Shown: positions 50,650-60,217 of the stretch, one piece after another
How the letters are laid out: each line of letters starts with the position of its first letter
Position numbering within the stretch: the first letter of the stretch is position 1
Made by a program: the position numbers and the translations under genes
Source of the DNA: Terriglobia bacterium
GTDB lineage: Bacteria > Acidobacteriota > Terriglobia > JAJPHL01 > JAPKYU01
Assembly: GCA_965206645.1 (NCBI GenBank)
Contig: CBDBKE010000004.1
Span: 896,001-960,000 of the forward strand
Direction: 5' to 3'
DNA length: 64,000 bases
Notes under the pieces: model-generated
Seen by the model: only the letters and a program-made list of their open reading frames with translations
Database searches by the model: none
What the model was told of the DNA's origin: nothing

Positions 50650-51636
50650 CTAGCGGGACTCGCTGACGCGAGGCAGCACCACGCGGTCGATGGCCTCCTC
50701 GTCCCAGCTTTCCAGTGCTACCCCCTTGTGGAGCGACCAACGCTCGGTGTGTTCCACGGTAGCTCCCGGGGCGAGTGTGCCCAGGGGGCTCAGAGTCTCC
50801 AGTTCGAGCATGTCGGCGTTGGTGAAGATCTCCACCGAGCTGCCAAAATCGGGATAAGTGCCCTCTTTAACAAAATCAAACTTCTTTACGAACAGGTGTC
50901 CGTTGCGCAGGTAGGCTGACCAGCCATCCGGGACCGTGGCGCCCGCCTTTTGCGGAACGCCCCCAGGGTCCTGCTGCAGGGTGATGTACTTGAAGCCCAG
51001 GGTCCAGCGTAGGTCGCGAAAATCGGTATAGGCCCACAACACCAGCGGGTGCGTTGGTACCACCATCTCGGTGTGCTTGGCGCGCGGCGGCATCGGGACG
51101 ATGACCCGGCCTCCCTGTGCCAGCACGCTGATCGACCAGGGCGCTATTTCTATTGCCCAGGCGTTCTTGTTGCGGAGCCTGTGAATTACTTCGACCCGCG
51201 GGGCATCGGCTGCCATCCGGATCTCGATCTCCTTTTGGATACCCGTGGTCTCCTCCACCGGCTGGATCGCGTGCAGCCGTCCGTCCCCAGCGCGCACCTC
51301 AATGGGCGAATTATCCGGTGCGTAGCTGCGAGGCCGCAGCTCGGGAGCGTGCCAGAGCCTGTGCCCGCCGTAGATTCGCCACTCGCTGCCGCCGGTTTTA
51401 CCCACCTGGTCCGCATATTCCTTGAACTCGTTCTCCTCGCCGACGAAACCAAACCGGATAATCCGCGGTCCCACATCGGCCGTCAGAATCAGCTCGATCT
51501 GGCCGTTGGTCATCCGGTAGCAGTTCGACCAGCCTTTGTAAGGTGCTTTCTCAATCTTCACTCCCGGCGCGGCGCCGGCCAGGGTCGAAAACAGCAATAA
51601 CGAAGAAATCAGCAACGTGGCGTTGAACTCGTGCAT
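50650..51636 (-). CDS. Secreted hypothetical protein, galactose-mutarotase-like
   Basis: Signal peptide; VGPRIIRFG, YGGHRLWHAPE, LELETLSPL. Start at MHEFNA (51636). Confidence 0.75.
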   Translation of the reverse strand: MHEFNATLLISSLLLFSTLAGAAPGVKIEKAPYKGWSNCYRMTNGQIELILTADVGPRIIRFGFVGEENEFKEYADQVGKTGGSEWRIYGGHRLWHAPELRPRSYAPDNSPIEVRAGDGRLHAIQPVEETTGIQKEIEIRMAADAPRVEVIHRLRNKNAWAIEIAPWSISVLAQGGRVIVPMPPRAKHTEMVVPTHPLVLWAYTDFRDLRWTLGFKYITLQQDPGGVPQKAGATVPDGWSAYLRNGHLFVKKFDFVKEGTYPDFGSSVEIFTNADMLELETLSPLGTLAPGATVEHTERWSLHKGVALESWDEEAIDRVVLPRVSESR

Positions 51637-51697
51637 GGGCAGTCTCCTTGGAAGATTGGGCAAGCCACTATAGCAGGTGTCGGCTGTGGGTGTCACA

Positions 51698-51760
51698 TGA
51701 GGCTTGAGCCTGGAGGCGTGAGCCTTTAGGCTTGAGACTTTGGTCGTGAGGCTCGAGACC
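51698..51760. repeat. Nine tandem degenerate heptamers (TGAGGCT-type)
   Basis: tgaggct tgagcct ggaggcg tgagcct ttaggct tgagact ttggtcg tgaggct cgagacc. Confidence 0.8.
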
Positions 51761-51794
51761 ACAACCTGACATCTGTGAGCTAAGACCGCCGCCT

Positions 51795-53123
51795 ATGCTT
51801 CGCCGACTGGCTGCTTTCTTCGTCGGGCTGGCACAACGCTACATGCCGGACCCATTCTTGCTGGCGTTGTTGCTGACGTTTGTGACCTTCGGTCTGGCCC
51901 TGGCCGTGACTCCGCACGGACCCATGGACTTGCTGGGATTCTGGTATGCGGGGCTGTGGAAGATCCTGACGTTTGCCATGCAGATGATCCTGACCCTGCT
52001 GACCGGTTACACGCTGGCCCGCTCGACCCCGGTGCGGCGTTTGCTGGGTTGGGTGGCGTCTCGCCCTCGCACCCCAGCCAGCGCTGCGATCCTGGTGGTG
52101 CTGGTGGCCACTTTCAGTTCGCTGTTGAACTGGGGATTCGGTCTGGTGGTCGGTGCGTTGGTGGCGCGGGAAGTGGGGCGCCGGGTCCAGGTGGACTTCG
52201 CCTTCCTGGTTGCGTGCGCCTACTCCGGTTTCGTGGTCTGGGGTTCGGGGCTATCCAGTTCGATTGCCCTGGTTTCGGCCACCGAAGGCAGTCCGATGAA
52301 CGTCATCGCCACCTATACCGGACGCGCTGTGACGCCGGTGAGCGAGACCCTTCTGGCACCCTACAACCTGGCCCTGGTGGCCGCAACGCTGGTGCTCTTG
52401 CCGCTGCTGTTCTGGGCCATGATGCCGACGCCGGAACAGTCACGGCCCGCCGACCCTAACCTGCTGCCCGACCCGGAGGAGCCGCCGGCGACGCCGGAAC
52501 GCACTCCCGCAGCCCGGCTGGAAAACAGTCCGGTGTTAGGCCTGCTGCTGGCGGCGATGGGCGCAGCATACCTGGCCCGTCATTTCTACCGCAATGGCTT
52601 CTCCATTAACTTTGACGTGCTCATCCTGGGGTTTCTGGTGGCGGGTCTGATCTTTCACGTTCGTCCGATCGCCTATGCCCGTGCCTTCTATCAATCCGCC
52701 CACGTGGCCGGCCCCTTGGCGCTCCAGTACCCTCTCTACGGTGGCATTATGGGTCTGATGGGAGCCGGATTGGCCGACTGGATTTCCAGCGGAGTCGTCG
52801 CGGTTTCCACCCCGCGCACCTTGCCTCTGTGGAGCTTCTTCTCCGCGACGGTGATCACCGTGTTCATTCCTTCCGGAGGAGGGCAATGGGCGGTTCAGGG
52901 GCCGTTCATGATCCCGCCCGGTATTGAGCTAGGCGTCGCGCCATCGGTCACTGCCATGGCCGTTGCTTTTGGCGACCAAACCGGCAACATGCTGCAACCC
53001 TTCTTTGCGCTGCCTGTCCTGGCCATCGCCGGGCTGGGCATCCGCGACATTATGGGTTACTGCGTGATGACCTTCCTGCTGAGTACGGTGCTGTCTTCGC
53101 TGGTGCTCTTGCTGCTGGCGTAA
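51795..53123 (+). CDS. Short-chain fatty acid transporter (AtoE family)
   Basis: MPDPF, FAMQM, NWGFGLVVGA, PSGGGQWAVQGP, NMLQPFFALP, RDIMGY. Confidence 0.92.
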   Translation: MLRRLAAFFVGLAQRYMPDPFLLALLLTFVTFGLALAVTPHGPMDLLGFWYAGLWKILTFAMQMILTLLTGYTLARSTPVRRLLGWVASRPRTPASAAILVVLVATFSSLLNWGFGLVVGALVAREVGRRVQVDFAFLVACAYSGFVVWGSGLSSSIALVSATEGSPMNVIATYTGRAVTPVSETLLAPYNLALVAATLVLLPLLFWAMMPTPEQSRPADPNLLPDPEEPPATPERTPAARLENSPVLGLLLAAMGAAYLARHFYRNGFSINFDVLILGFLVAGLIFHVRPIAYARAFYQSAHVAGPLALQYPLYGGIMGLMGAGLADWISSGVVAVSTPRTLPLWSFFSATVITVFIPSGGGQWAVQGPFMIPPGIELGVAPSVTAMAVAFGDQTGNMLQPFFALPVLAIAGLGIRDIMGYCVMTFLLSTVLSSLVLLLLA

Positions 53124-53228
53124 GCGGTCTCCGTGAGTGCCCACCGTCGAACTCGGCAGTAGAGGTAGCTTGGACTGGCCGCTCGGCCGGGCCGAGGAGG
53201 GTAGTGCCAGTCGGGGAGGATAGTTCTA

Positions 53229-53714
53229 ATGAAGCTGTACTTGGTCCAGCACGGAGAAAGCAAGTCGGAATCCGAGGACCCGGAGCGGCCGCTGTCCGAA
53301 GCCGGCCGCAAAACCGTAGAAACAGCGGGTAGGCACCTGGTGAAAACCAGCTTATTCCCAAGCGGCCTGACCATCCGGCACAGCGGCAAGCTGCGCGCAG
53401 CGCAGACTGCCGAAATTCTGGGTTCTTGCTTTGGTTTGACTGCCAAGCCGGAGGCCGTTGGCGGACTGGCGCCCAATGACCCTCCCGAGACGGCACTGAA
53501 ATTGGTCGCCGGCAGCTCGGGTGACCTGATGCTGGTGGGACATCTACCCCATCTGAGCCGCCTGGCGTCGCACTTGCTGGCAGGCACTACTGAGCGGTCG
53601 GTCGTGCGCTTCCGGATGGGGGGCGTCGTGTGCCTGGCCCGGCAGCATTCGGACGCTTGGGAACTGGAATGGGCACTGGTGCCAGAACTTGCCGCCGCCC
53701 ATTCGGCTCCCTAG
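53229..53714 (+). CDS. sixA: Phosphohistidine phosphatase SixA
   Basis: LYLVQHGES..ERPLS, HSGKLRAAQTA, LVGHLP. Confidence 0.88.
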   Translation: MKLYLVQHGESKSESEDPERPLSEAGRKTVETAGRHLVKTSLFPSGLTIRHSGKLRAAQTAEILGSCFGLTAKPEAVGGLAPNDPPETALKLVAGSSGDLMLVGHLPHLSRLASHLLAGTTERSVVRFRMGGVVCLARQHSDAWELEWALVPELAAAHSAP

Positions 53715-53747
53715 CCGTTATACTGGAGACGGAACGCGAGTTCTCCG

Positions 53748-54422
53748 ATGCGGTTGGCATTGTGCGCGATCGGTCTCGAAGCGCTGCTTGTGGTCTGCGC
53801 GCAAGCCCAGACGCCCGCTCAGTCAATTGAAGTCCCTTACCGCGGGCTGAATTACTCGGTGCTGAGCAAAGGAGGGGTGACAGTGATGGTTGCACCTCTG
53901 GAACTCACCATCCTGGGATATTCGGCCGCCCATGTGTGGATCACGAACGGTTCGTCGTGCCCCATCCAGGTCGGGCCACAGGCCTTCACCACAAAGACAC
54001 GCGGCTCGGAGGTGCGACAGCCGGTCAAGGTTGTTGGGCTGCCGGAGGATCGGGTGGTGAGGGAGGTGATGCGGCGAGCACGCTTTGACGATGTCTTGTC
54101 GCTGGTGCGCGCCTATGAACGCAACCTCTACAGGTTTAAGAACGCCCAGGCGGTCGGCTACTACCAGAAGCGGAAACAGATCGCTCAGGCCGCAGGCGGC
54201 GGGCGGTTTCGAGCGGCCGCCACTGTTTCCGCGTTGGTGCTGCAACGGACGGAAGTTCCCCCCGGCGAATTCCGCGAAGGCACCGTATTCTTCCCCACAC
54301 GCGAGAAGCAAGCCGAATTTCTGGAGTTTTCCGCACGGCTGGACCACCTGTCCTTTCTTTTCTCCTCGCGCTCCTCGCGACTGCAACGTCCCGACTCAGA
54401 ACCGACCGACCGCCCCCGCTAA
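53748..54422 (+). CDS. Secreted hypothetical protein
   Basis: Signal peptide ending AQA; C-terminal VPPGEFREGTVFFP suggests an Ig-like beta fold. Confidence 0.65.
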   Translation: MRLALCAIGLEALLVVCAQAQTPAQSIEVPYRGLNYSVLSKGGVTVMVAPLELTILGYSAAHVWITNGSSCPIQVGPQAFTTKTRGSEVRQPVKVVGLPEDRVVREVMRRARFDDVLSLVRAYERNLYRFKNAQAVGYYQKRKQIAQAAGGGRFRAAATVSALVLQRTEVPPGEFREGTVFFPTREKQAEFLEFSARLDHLSFLFSSRSSRLQRPDSEPTDRPR

Positions 54423-54647
54423 CCTCAGCTTCCCTGCCCTCCTTATCTTAAGTGCCCTGAGGGCCAGCCCGTGCGAGCGACGCGAGTTCCGCTCGTAAAA
54501 CTATCCGTCTCGGCAGAGCCGCAGGATTGCTCCCGGGGCTGTGTTGCGCCGGGCAGGGCTTCTTGACTATAATGAAAAATTACGTAGGTCAAGGCCCGCC
54601 ATCGGCGGGTCATCGAGCCCCGGAAACCCCGAGGAGTTCTACCGTTC

Positions 54648-55208
54648 ATGCTTCAGGCAACCCAGTTGCGGCCAGGTGTCCTCATCAAACATGAGGGCGA
54701 GTTGTACTCCATCTTCAGCGCTTCCCACCGCACTCCCGGGAACAAACGAGGTTTTGTACAGACTCGCATGCGCAATCTCCGCTCTGGGGCGATGGTGGAT
54801 CACCGGTTCAGTTCAGAAGACCGCGTGGAGCGAGCCATCCTGGACGCGCAGGAGATGGAGTACCTGTACCGGGATGGTGAGGACTACCACTTCATGAACA
54901 CTGAAACCTACGAACAGACTCACCTGAGAAACGAGACGCTCGGTGAAACGATGGAGTACCTGATACCCAACCTCAAGATCACTGTGGAGTTCTACGACGG
55001 GAAACCGGTCGCCATCCAACTGCCGGCCACCGTGGACCTGGAAGTGGTGGAGACGGAGCCGTCGCTGAAAGGCGCCACCGCCTCCAACATGATGAAGCCC
55101 GCCAAGTTGGAGACCGGACTCGTCGTGCAGGTTCCCCCGTTCGTCAATACCGGGGACAGGGTCCGCGTGAACACCGCAGAAGGGACCTACCAGGAACGCG
55201 CCCAGTAG
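54648..55208 (+). CDS. efp: Elongation factor P (loop TPGNKRG)
   Basis: EYLYRDG, FMNTETYEQ, KPAKLETGLVVQVPPFV..GD..VNT; TATAAT at 54568-54573. Confidence 0.97.
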   Translation: MLQATQLRPGVLIKHEGELYSIFSASHRTPGNKRGFVQTRMRNLRSGAMVDHRFSSEDRVERAILDAQEMEYLYRDGEDYHFMNTETYEQTHLRNETLGETMEYLIPNLKITVEFYDGKPVAIQLPATVDLEVVETEPSLKGATASNMMKPAKLETGLVVQVPPFVNTGDRVRVNTAEGTYQERAQ

Positions 55209-55320
55209 CCCTCCTGGCAGAGGCCACGTTTCCCCCTGGCCAATCTGTAGCCGTTACACCGGAAAAAGACTTCCATGAACTTGCTAAGGATGCTGTCTTG
55301 ACACAACTTGTGGCACACTG

Positions 55321-56319
55321 GTGTCCACGCTCATGTCCAGCAACTACGACGACAAACCGATCGAGCTGTCCGGCATCCAAACGGTCTCTCTGACCAAGCG
55401 CGCCGCCAAGGTGTCAGCGGAGGATTTTGCCCGGGAATACCGGCCCGGCGAAGGTTTTAAGGGTTGGTTGGATTCGTTGCCCATGATCCTGGCGGCGAAT
55501 TCGCTGGTGGAATTAGTCCAGGCCATGATGGAAGCCAGGCGGCTTGGCAAGCCGATTATCTGGGGCCTGGGAGGCCACGTGATCAAGTGCGGACTGGCAC
55601 CGGTACTGCTGGGATTGATGCGCCAGGGATTTGTGAGCGGAATGGCCATGAATGGCTCAGCCGCCATCCACGATGTGGAGATCGCCCTTTGCGGCAGCAC
55701 CTCCGAGGAAGTCGAAGCGGTGCTCGACGATGGGTCCTTTGGGATGGCGGAGGAAACCGCGCGGCTGCTGCAATCGGCAGCCGAGACGGCGGTGCGCGAG
55801 CAGATCGGTCTGGGCGAAGGGCTGGGCCGGGAGATTCTGGCACTGGCGACCGCGCCTGGTTCCTCGGGCAACAGCCGGCTGGACGTGAGCCTGTTGGCGG
55901 GCGCCTCCCGGGCGCGCGTGCCGGTTACTGTCCACGTGGCGCTCGGGGCCGATACGCCGCACATGCATCCATGCCTGGACCCGGCTGCCCAAGGTGCCGC
56001 CACTCATCACGACTTCCGCCTTCTTTGTGAGCTGCTCCGCAAGTTGGAGGGCGGCGGCGTTTACCTGAATGTCGGCTCCGCCGTCATGTTGCCGGAAGTG
56101 TTCCTGAAGGCGGTAACAGTGGTCCACAATCTGGGCCACCCGCTCCACCAGTTCTACACGGCCAACCTCGATTTCATACAGCACTACCGCCCGACGCAGA
56201 ACGTCGTGCGGCGGCCCACGGCCGCGGGTGGCAAGGGCTGGGCGCTCACCGGCCATCACGAAATCATGGTCCCGCTCCTGGCAGCTTTGTTGACCGAAGC
56301 CTCCCAGGCCGGGAAATGA
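55321..56319 (+). CDS. Deoxyhypusine-synthase-like (DHS-like NAD-binding fold) protein
   Basis: IIWGLGGHVIKCGL..L...GFVSGMAMNGSAAIHD, GLGEGLG, PVTVHVALGAD, YLNVGSAVMLPE, TGHHEIMVPLL follow the DHS-fold motif order; the canonical EAVSWGK motif is absent. Start 55321 or 55333. Confidence 0.65.
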   Translation: MSTLMSSNYDDKPIELSGIQTVSLTKRAAKVSAEDFAREYRPGEGFKGWLDSLPMILAANSLVELVQAMMEARRLGKPIIWGLGGHVIKCGLAPVLLGLMRQGFVSGMAMNGSAAIHDVEIALCGSTSEEVEAVLDDGSFGMAEETARLLQSAAETAVREQIGLGEGLGREILALATAPGSSGNSRLDVSLLAGASRARVPVTVHVALGADTPHMHPCLDPAAQGAATHHDFRLLCELLRKLEGGGVYLNVGSAVMLPEVFLKAVTVVHNLGHPLHQFYTANLDFIQHYRPTQNVVRRPTAAGGKGWALTGHHEIMVPLLAALLTEASQAGK

Positions 56320-57824
56320 GCAGAGCCACCCGGTGGCGTGCTGCCGCGCTGCTATTGGCGGTTCTCGCCGGCTATATCACCCTGCACATCCATCGCTGGG
56401 GACAGCCTGTTCCGCAGGTGTTCCACCCAGCCGGGGAGCACCAATGGCGCGCCGCCGACGGGCGGCAGATTCGGGCCGCCGATCTGGACGGCGATGGCGT
56501 CTACGACCGGTTCAGCCAGGCCAGTGGCTTCTTCGTGCGCCCTACTGCCGCCACGGCCGATAGCCGTCTGCTGATCCTGTGCCTTGACGGGGCACCGTAT
56601 TCCCAAATGCGCAATCTCTGGGACCAGGGGCACTTCAGAGAATTTTTTGCGTCGGTGGAGCTGATCAGCACCTTTCCTTCAGACTCCGAGACCGCCATGA
56701 CGGCGCTGCTGCACGCGCCGCCCGTTCCCGGCTACGAGAACGAGTATTTCGACCGCGGCCAAGGAACAGTGATCGGGGGCATCCGCGTTACCTTGCAGCA
56801 ATCATCGCCCTACCTGAAGAAGCTAGACTACGACGCGCCCGCGATTTTCAAGGGCATCCACTTCGTCGTGACCCGGAAGACCTTTCGGGCGGACCTGGGG
56901 CGCCTGCGCAAGCGGTTCCTGGCTTCACGCGCTCCCGTCTATGTTGCCCACATGTCCAGCACTGATGCGATGTACCACGTTCTGCCGTCCGGTGAAGTGC
57001 GGGCATTGCTCGAGGAGCTGGAAGCGCTGCTGCGCGACCTCTACTTCGAGGCCGCGGGCAAGCTGCGAATCGTGATGTTCTCCGACCACGGCAACGACCT
57101 GGTGCCCGGCCGGCCGGCACCCCTGCGTGAATCGCTGGAACAGGCTGGATTCCAGGTGAAAGAGCGGCTTGACGAGCCGCGCGCGGTCGCCATTCCGGAA
57201 TTTGGGCTGGTGATCTTCGCCGCGATCTACGCTGACACTGCAGTGGTGCCGGAGGCGGCGCACGTGCTGGCCGGGACGGAAGGGGTCGAAGCCGTTGTCT
57301 ATCGGGACGGGGACATGGTGCGCGTGCAATCCCACAATGGAGAGGCGACAGTTCAAGCCGACGCAGACAGCGCGCACTTCCTCTACCGCGCCGAACGCGG
57401 CGACCCGCTCCGCCTGCTACCGCTGTGGAATCAGTTGGAGGAGGCTGGGAAGCTCAACTCAGCCGGCTTTGCCCCCGACGAGGAACTATTCAGCGCGACT
57501 CTGAAGGGCCCATATCCAGATGCGCTGTTTCGGCTGTGGTATTCAATGCAGGACCCACCGCGGGGCCTGGTCGAGAACCGTGCCGACCTGCTGGTGAGTC
57601 TGGCCAACGGGTACTACTTTGGCCGGGGTTGGTTCGAGCATTTCGTCGAGCTCCGAAGTTCCCACGGCGCGCTCTCGCGACGCGCTTCCCTGGGCTTTGC
57701 CATGAGTACCGACGCTCCCTTCCCTCGCGCTGTCCGCTACAACGAGTTGCTGCAGCCACCGCAAGGCAGGGACGCCGCCAGCAGCGCCCTTCCGGAGCTG
57801 CCCGTATTTCCATTACCGCGCTGA
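56316..57824 (+). CDS. Membrane-anchored alkaline phosphatase/nucleotide pyrophosphatase superfamily protein
   Basis: N-terminal TM, DLDGDG motif, LCLDG, STFPS, FSDHG, SSHG; overlaps the previous gene by ATGA. Confidence 0.78.
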   Translation: MSRATRWRAAALLLAVLAGYITLHIHRWGQPVPQVFHPAGEHQWRAADGRQIRAADLDGDGVYDRFSQASGFFVRPTAATADSRLLILCLDGAPYSQMRNLWDQGHFREFFASVELISTFPSDSETAMTALLHAPPVPGYENEYFDRGQGTVIGGIRVTLQQSSPYLKKLDYDAPAIFKGIHFVVTRKTFRADLGRLRKRFLASRAPVYVAHMSSTDAMYHVLPSGEVRALLEELEALLRDLYFEAAGKLRIVMFSDHGNDLVPGRPAPLRESLEQAGFQVKERLDEPRAVAIPEFGLVIFAAIYADTAVVPEAAHVLAGTEGVEAVVYRDGDMVRVQSHNGEATVQADADSAHFLYRAERGDPLRLLPLWNQLEEAGKLNSAGFAPDEELFSATLKGPYPDALFRLWYSMQDPPRGLVENRADLLVSLANGYYFGRGWFEHFVELRSSHGALSRRASLGFAMSTDAPFPRAVRYNELLQPPQGRDAASSALPELPVFPLPR

Positions 57825-57948
57825 GAGTCGATGAGAGCTTTGGTCAGGCAAGGGCACCTGTCCCTACAGTGCTTTATCCATCGCACCCTAAGCCATTGAT
57901 CCGTCTAGAGACGCCTGGTTGAGCCCCGAAGCCGGGTGATTGGTTTTG

Positions 57949-58884
57949 CTATTGGGAGAATTTGAGCCGGATGGTCCCCATCTCGAGGATATCGTCGTTC
58001 CCCAAGAGGACTGTCTCCTGATTTGCCATGCGCCGCCCGTTGATGACGGTAGGATTGGAATCCTTGCCAGCCAGGTTGACCAGCCGGAATTCCCCGGCTT
58101 GCGCGGAGTAGACCAGGCGCGCCTGGCGCCGGCTGAGCGTGTTGGCCTTGTCCTTGATCCGGACTCCGCCGGTGACGTCCGGGCTTTCCCGGCCGATTTC
58201 GACCTCGCCCATTCCGGATGGATCCGTTAAGTAGAGCACCTCTGTTTCCTGCGCGCCGTTCTGGTCGTCCAGCACGATCAGCTTCCCCGGAAGAATCTTT
58301 GTGGTCCTGTATTCTGCTGTTTCCTCTGCCCGATCCTCTACCACGATTGGCTTCGTCGGCAGAATCTTTCTGGTCTTGAATTCGGTGACATGCGAGCGGC
58401 CATCAACGCGGGGAGCATGACCGGCAAGGTGTGCAGCAGGAATAGGCGCAGGAGTTCTTACGTAGCGGCGGCTTGGGGCCGGAGAAGCTGGGAGTCTGCT
58501 TCCTCTCCACGCAATCACAAAGAGGATCAGCATCAAAGTCCCGGCAAGCGCCAGCCGTCTGCGCTTGTCCTGCTGTTTGCTGCCTGTGGATATGGGTTCG
58601 GTTTCCGCAGCCTCATGATGAATCTCACTAGATTCCGGATTCTTGATCGCCGTGCCAGTCACGCTGATTGGTAATGGCTGGTTCGCAAAGCGGATTAGGG
58701 CGCTCCCTCCGTCTTTGAGATAGTCACGGGTCGCCTCGAAGCCGCGCTCTAACTTTTCGATGGGGATAGCTGTTGGGGCATAGGGCCCGCTCGCTGACAG
58801 GGCTACGGCCGGTAAGCATGCTAGTAGGGCAATAGCGCGGAGGATGCCTCTTCCACCAACTCGTTCTTTGATCTTGTCTTCCAT
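57949..58884 (-). CDS. Membrane protein with C-terminal FHA domain
   Basis: Signal-like N-terminus, TM LALAGTLMLILFVIAW, FHA motifs IGR..LSRRQA..SNPTVING..LGNDDILEMG. Confidence 0.8.
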   Translation of the reverse strand: MEDKIKERVGGRGILRAIALLACLPAVALSASGPYAPTAIPIEKLERGFEATRDYLKDGGSALIRFANQPLPISVTGTAIKNPESSEIHHEAAETEPISTGSKQQDKRRRLALAGTLMLILFVIAWRGSRLPASPAPSRRYVRTPAPIPAAHLAGHAPRVDGRSHVTEFKTRKILPTKPIVVEDRAEETAEYRTTKILPGKLIVLDDQNGAQETEVLYLTDPSGMGEVEIGRESPDVTGGVRIKDKANTLSRRQARLVYSAQAGEFRLVNLAGKDSNPTVINGRRMANQETVLLGNDDILEMGTIRLKFSQ

Positions 58885-58952
58885 AACAGCACCTAGTTAA
58901 GCGCAGCCGCCCCAAGCCTCCAATAGGCTAGTAGTTACATTTTGCCCGGTAC
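58879..58952 (-). promoter_or_regulatory. Shared 74-bp leader, copy A (upstream of the FHA gene)
   Basis: 55/74 ungapped identity to 60062-60135, both anchored on the ATG. Confidence 0.75.
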
Positions 58953-59041
58953 TCTTGTACCAGCAGGGGCGCGCCCTACAGGTGGGAATCGGGGCTGCTA
59001 ATACTTTCTCAGGCTGCCGTGATTCCCTGAAACGGCAAGAG

Positions 59042-60067
59042 TTAACTCGGAATTCGCACATCGGTCCTTCCATGAAAATTCGCTCGAGCGGGGGCGCTTG
59101 CGCTTGGGGCCTCTACGGCCTCCTGCTCGACCTGGCCGGTTTGATTGTCGGCCACAACCGCCTGCTCGGCACGATCCAAGAGCTGGCCGGGGGAGTCGCC
59201 AGGTTGATAGGCGGTCCACCCAGAAACAAAGCTGACTGGAATCTTCTCCGCACGAAAGTCCACTTCCAGATCCGCCATGCGGAGAAGCGTGGCCGGCACC
59301 TGCTCGGGTCTACCTTCGGGGAACAGCACCATAAACTCGTCCTGGCCTGTGCGCGCGGCAAAATCCGAGTTTCGGATCGCTTTCTTGAGTTGTGCGCCAA
59401 AATGCTTCAGCACCAGATCGCCGGCCGAGCGTCCGTAGGAGTCGATGATCTGCGCGAAGTCCTTCAGATGCAGCGCCACCACGGTGAGTGAATTTTCCTC
59501 CCTCTGGGATCGGGCCAGCTCGGTAGATAGGTGCTCCTCAAGGAAGCGGCGGTTGTACAGTCCGGTGACGGGATCCAGCATCGCCAGCTGGTGAGAATCC
59601 TCGGTCCGGAATTTCAGGTTGAAGACCGAGTCAATCTGCTGGGACAGCAACATCGAATCAACCTGCCGGGACAGCTCATGCCGGATTCGTCTGCTCACCA
59701 TCTGCTGGACCACGGCATAGGCGCTGAAAAGCAGCACGATGGAAAACTGTGTCCAGAAGGACGCCGAGGAGAGTGCCAGCACGGTCCCCATCAGCAGCAG
59801 CACCGCTAGGGCCGCTGACCAGAGCCGCCAATCTCTCCGTTCCAGTTGCTGCAACCTGTCTTGAATCGCCGACAAGGCGGCGGCTGTGGCCTGAGGGGAC
59901 AATTGGTCCTCCCATTCCGACAGCCCGCTGGCGGTCGCCATGGGCTGGGGGTCAAGCTGGACGAAAGCCTCCTCTGGGAATGCAGGAGGGTTCCCCAGAG
60001 TCACTACATCAGAAGTGTTTTGGCTCATGGTAGCTCGGAGGCCGACTAGGTTCTTGTCGCTTTCCAT
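59042..60067 (-). CDS. Membrane-bound GGDEF-domain protein, degenerate (GQDEF)
   Basis: Two TM segments; DPVTGLYNRR, LHLKDFAQIIDSYG..GD, ARTGQDEF. Confidence 0.88.
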   Translation of the reverse strand: MESDKNLVGLRATMSQNTSDVVTLGNPPAFPEEAFVQLDPQPMATASGLSEWEDQLSPQATAAALSAIQDRLQQLERRDWRLWSAALAVLLLMGTVLALSSASFWTQFSIVLLFSAYAVVQQMVSRRIRHELSRQVDSMLLSQQIDSVFNLKFRTEDSHQLAMLDPVTGLYNRRFLEEHLSTELARSQREENSLTVVALHLKDFAQIIDSYGRSAGDLVLKHFGAQLKKAIRNSDFAARTGQDEFMVLFPEGRPEQVPATLLRMADLEVDFRAEKIPVSFVSGWTAYQPGDSPGQLLDRAEQAVVADNQTGQVEQEAVEAPSASAPARANFHGRTDVRIPS

Positions 60068-60135
60068 AACCGCGTCTAGTTAAACGCAGTCGCAGCGACT
60101 GGCTAATGGGCCAACAGTTACATTTTGCTCGATAC
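60062..60135 (-). promoter_or_regulatory. Shared 74-bp leader, copy B (upstream of the GGDEF gene)
   Basis: See copy A; shared blocks CTAGTTAA and AGTTACATTTTGC on the + strand. Confidence 0.75.
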
Positions 60136-60217
60136 CTTCGGACCGGTAAGCGCAGGCCCTTTCCGTTGCCGATGGCCCCCAGCCGAGAACACAATCTTGC
60201 CTTGTCTTGGCATCTAC

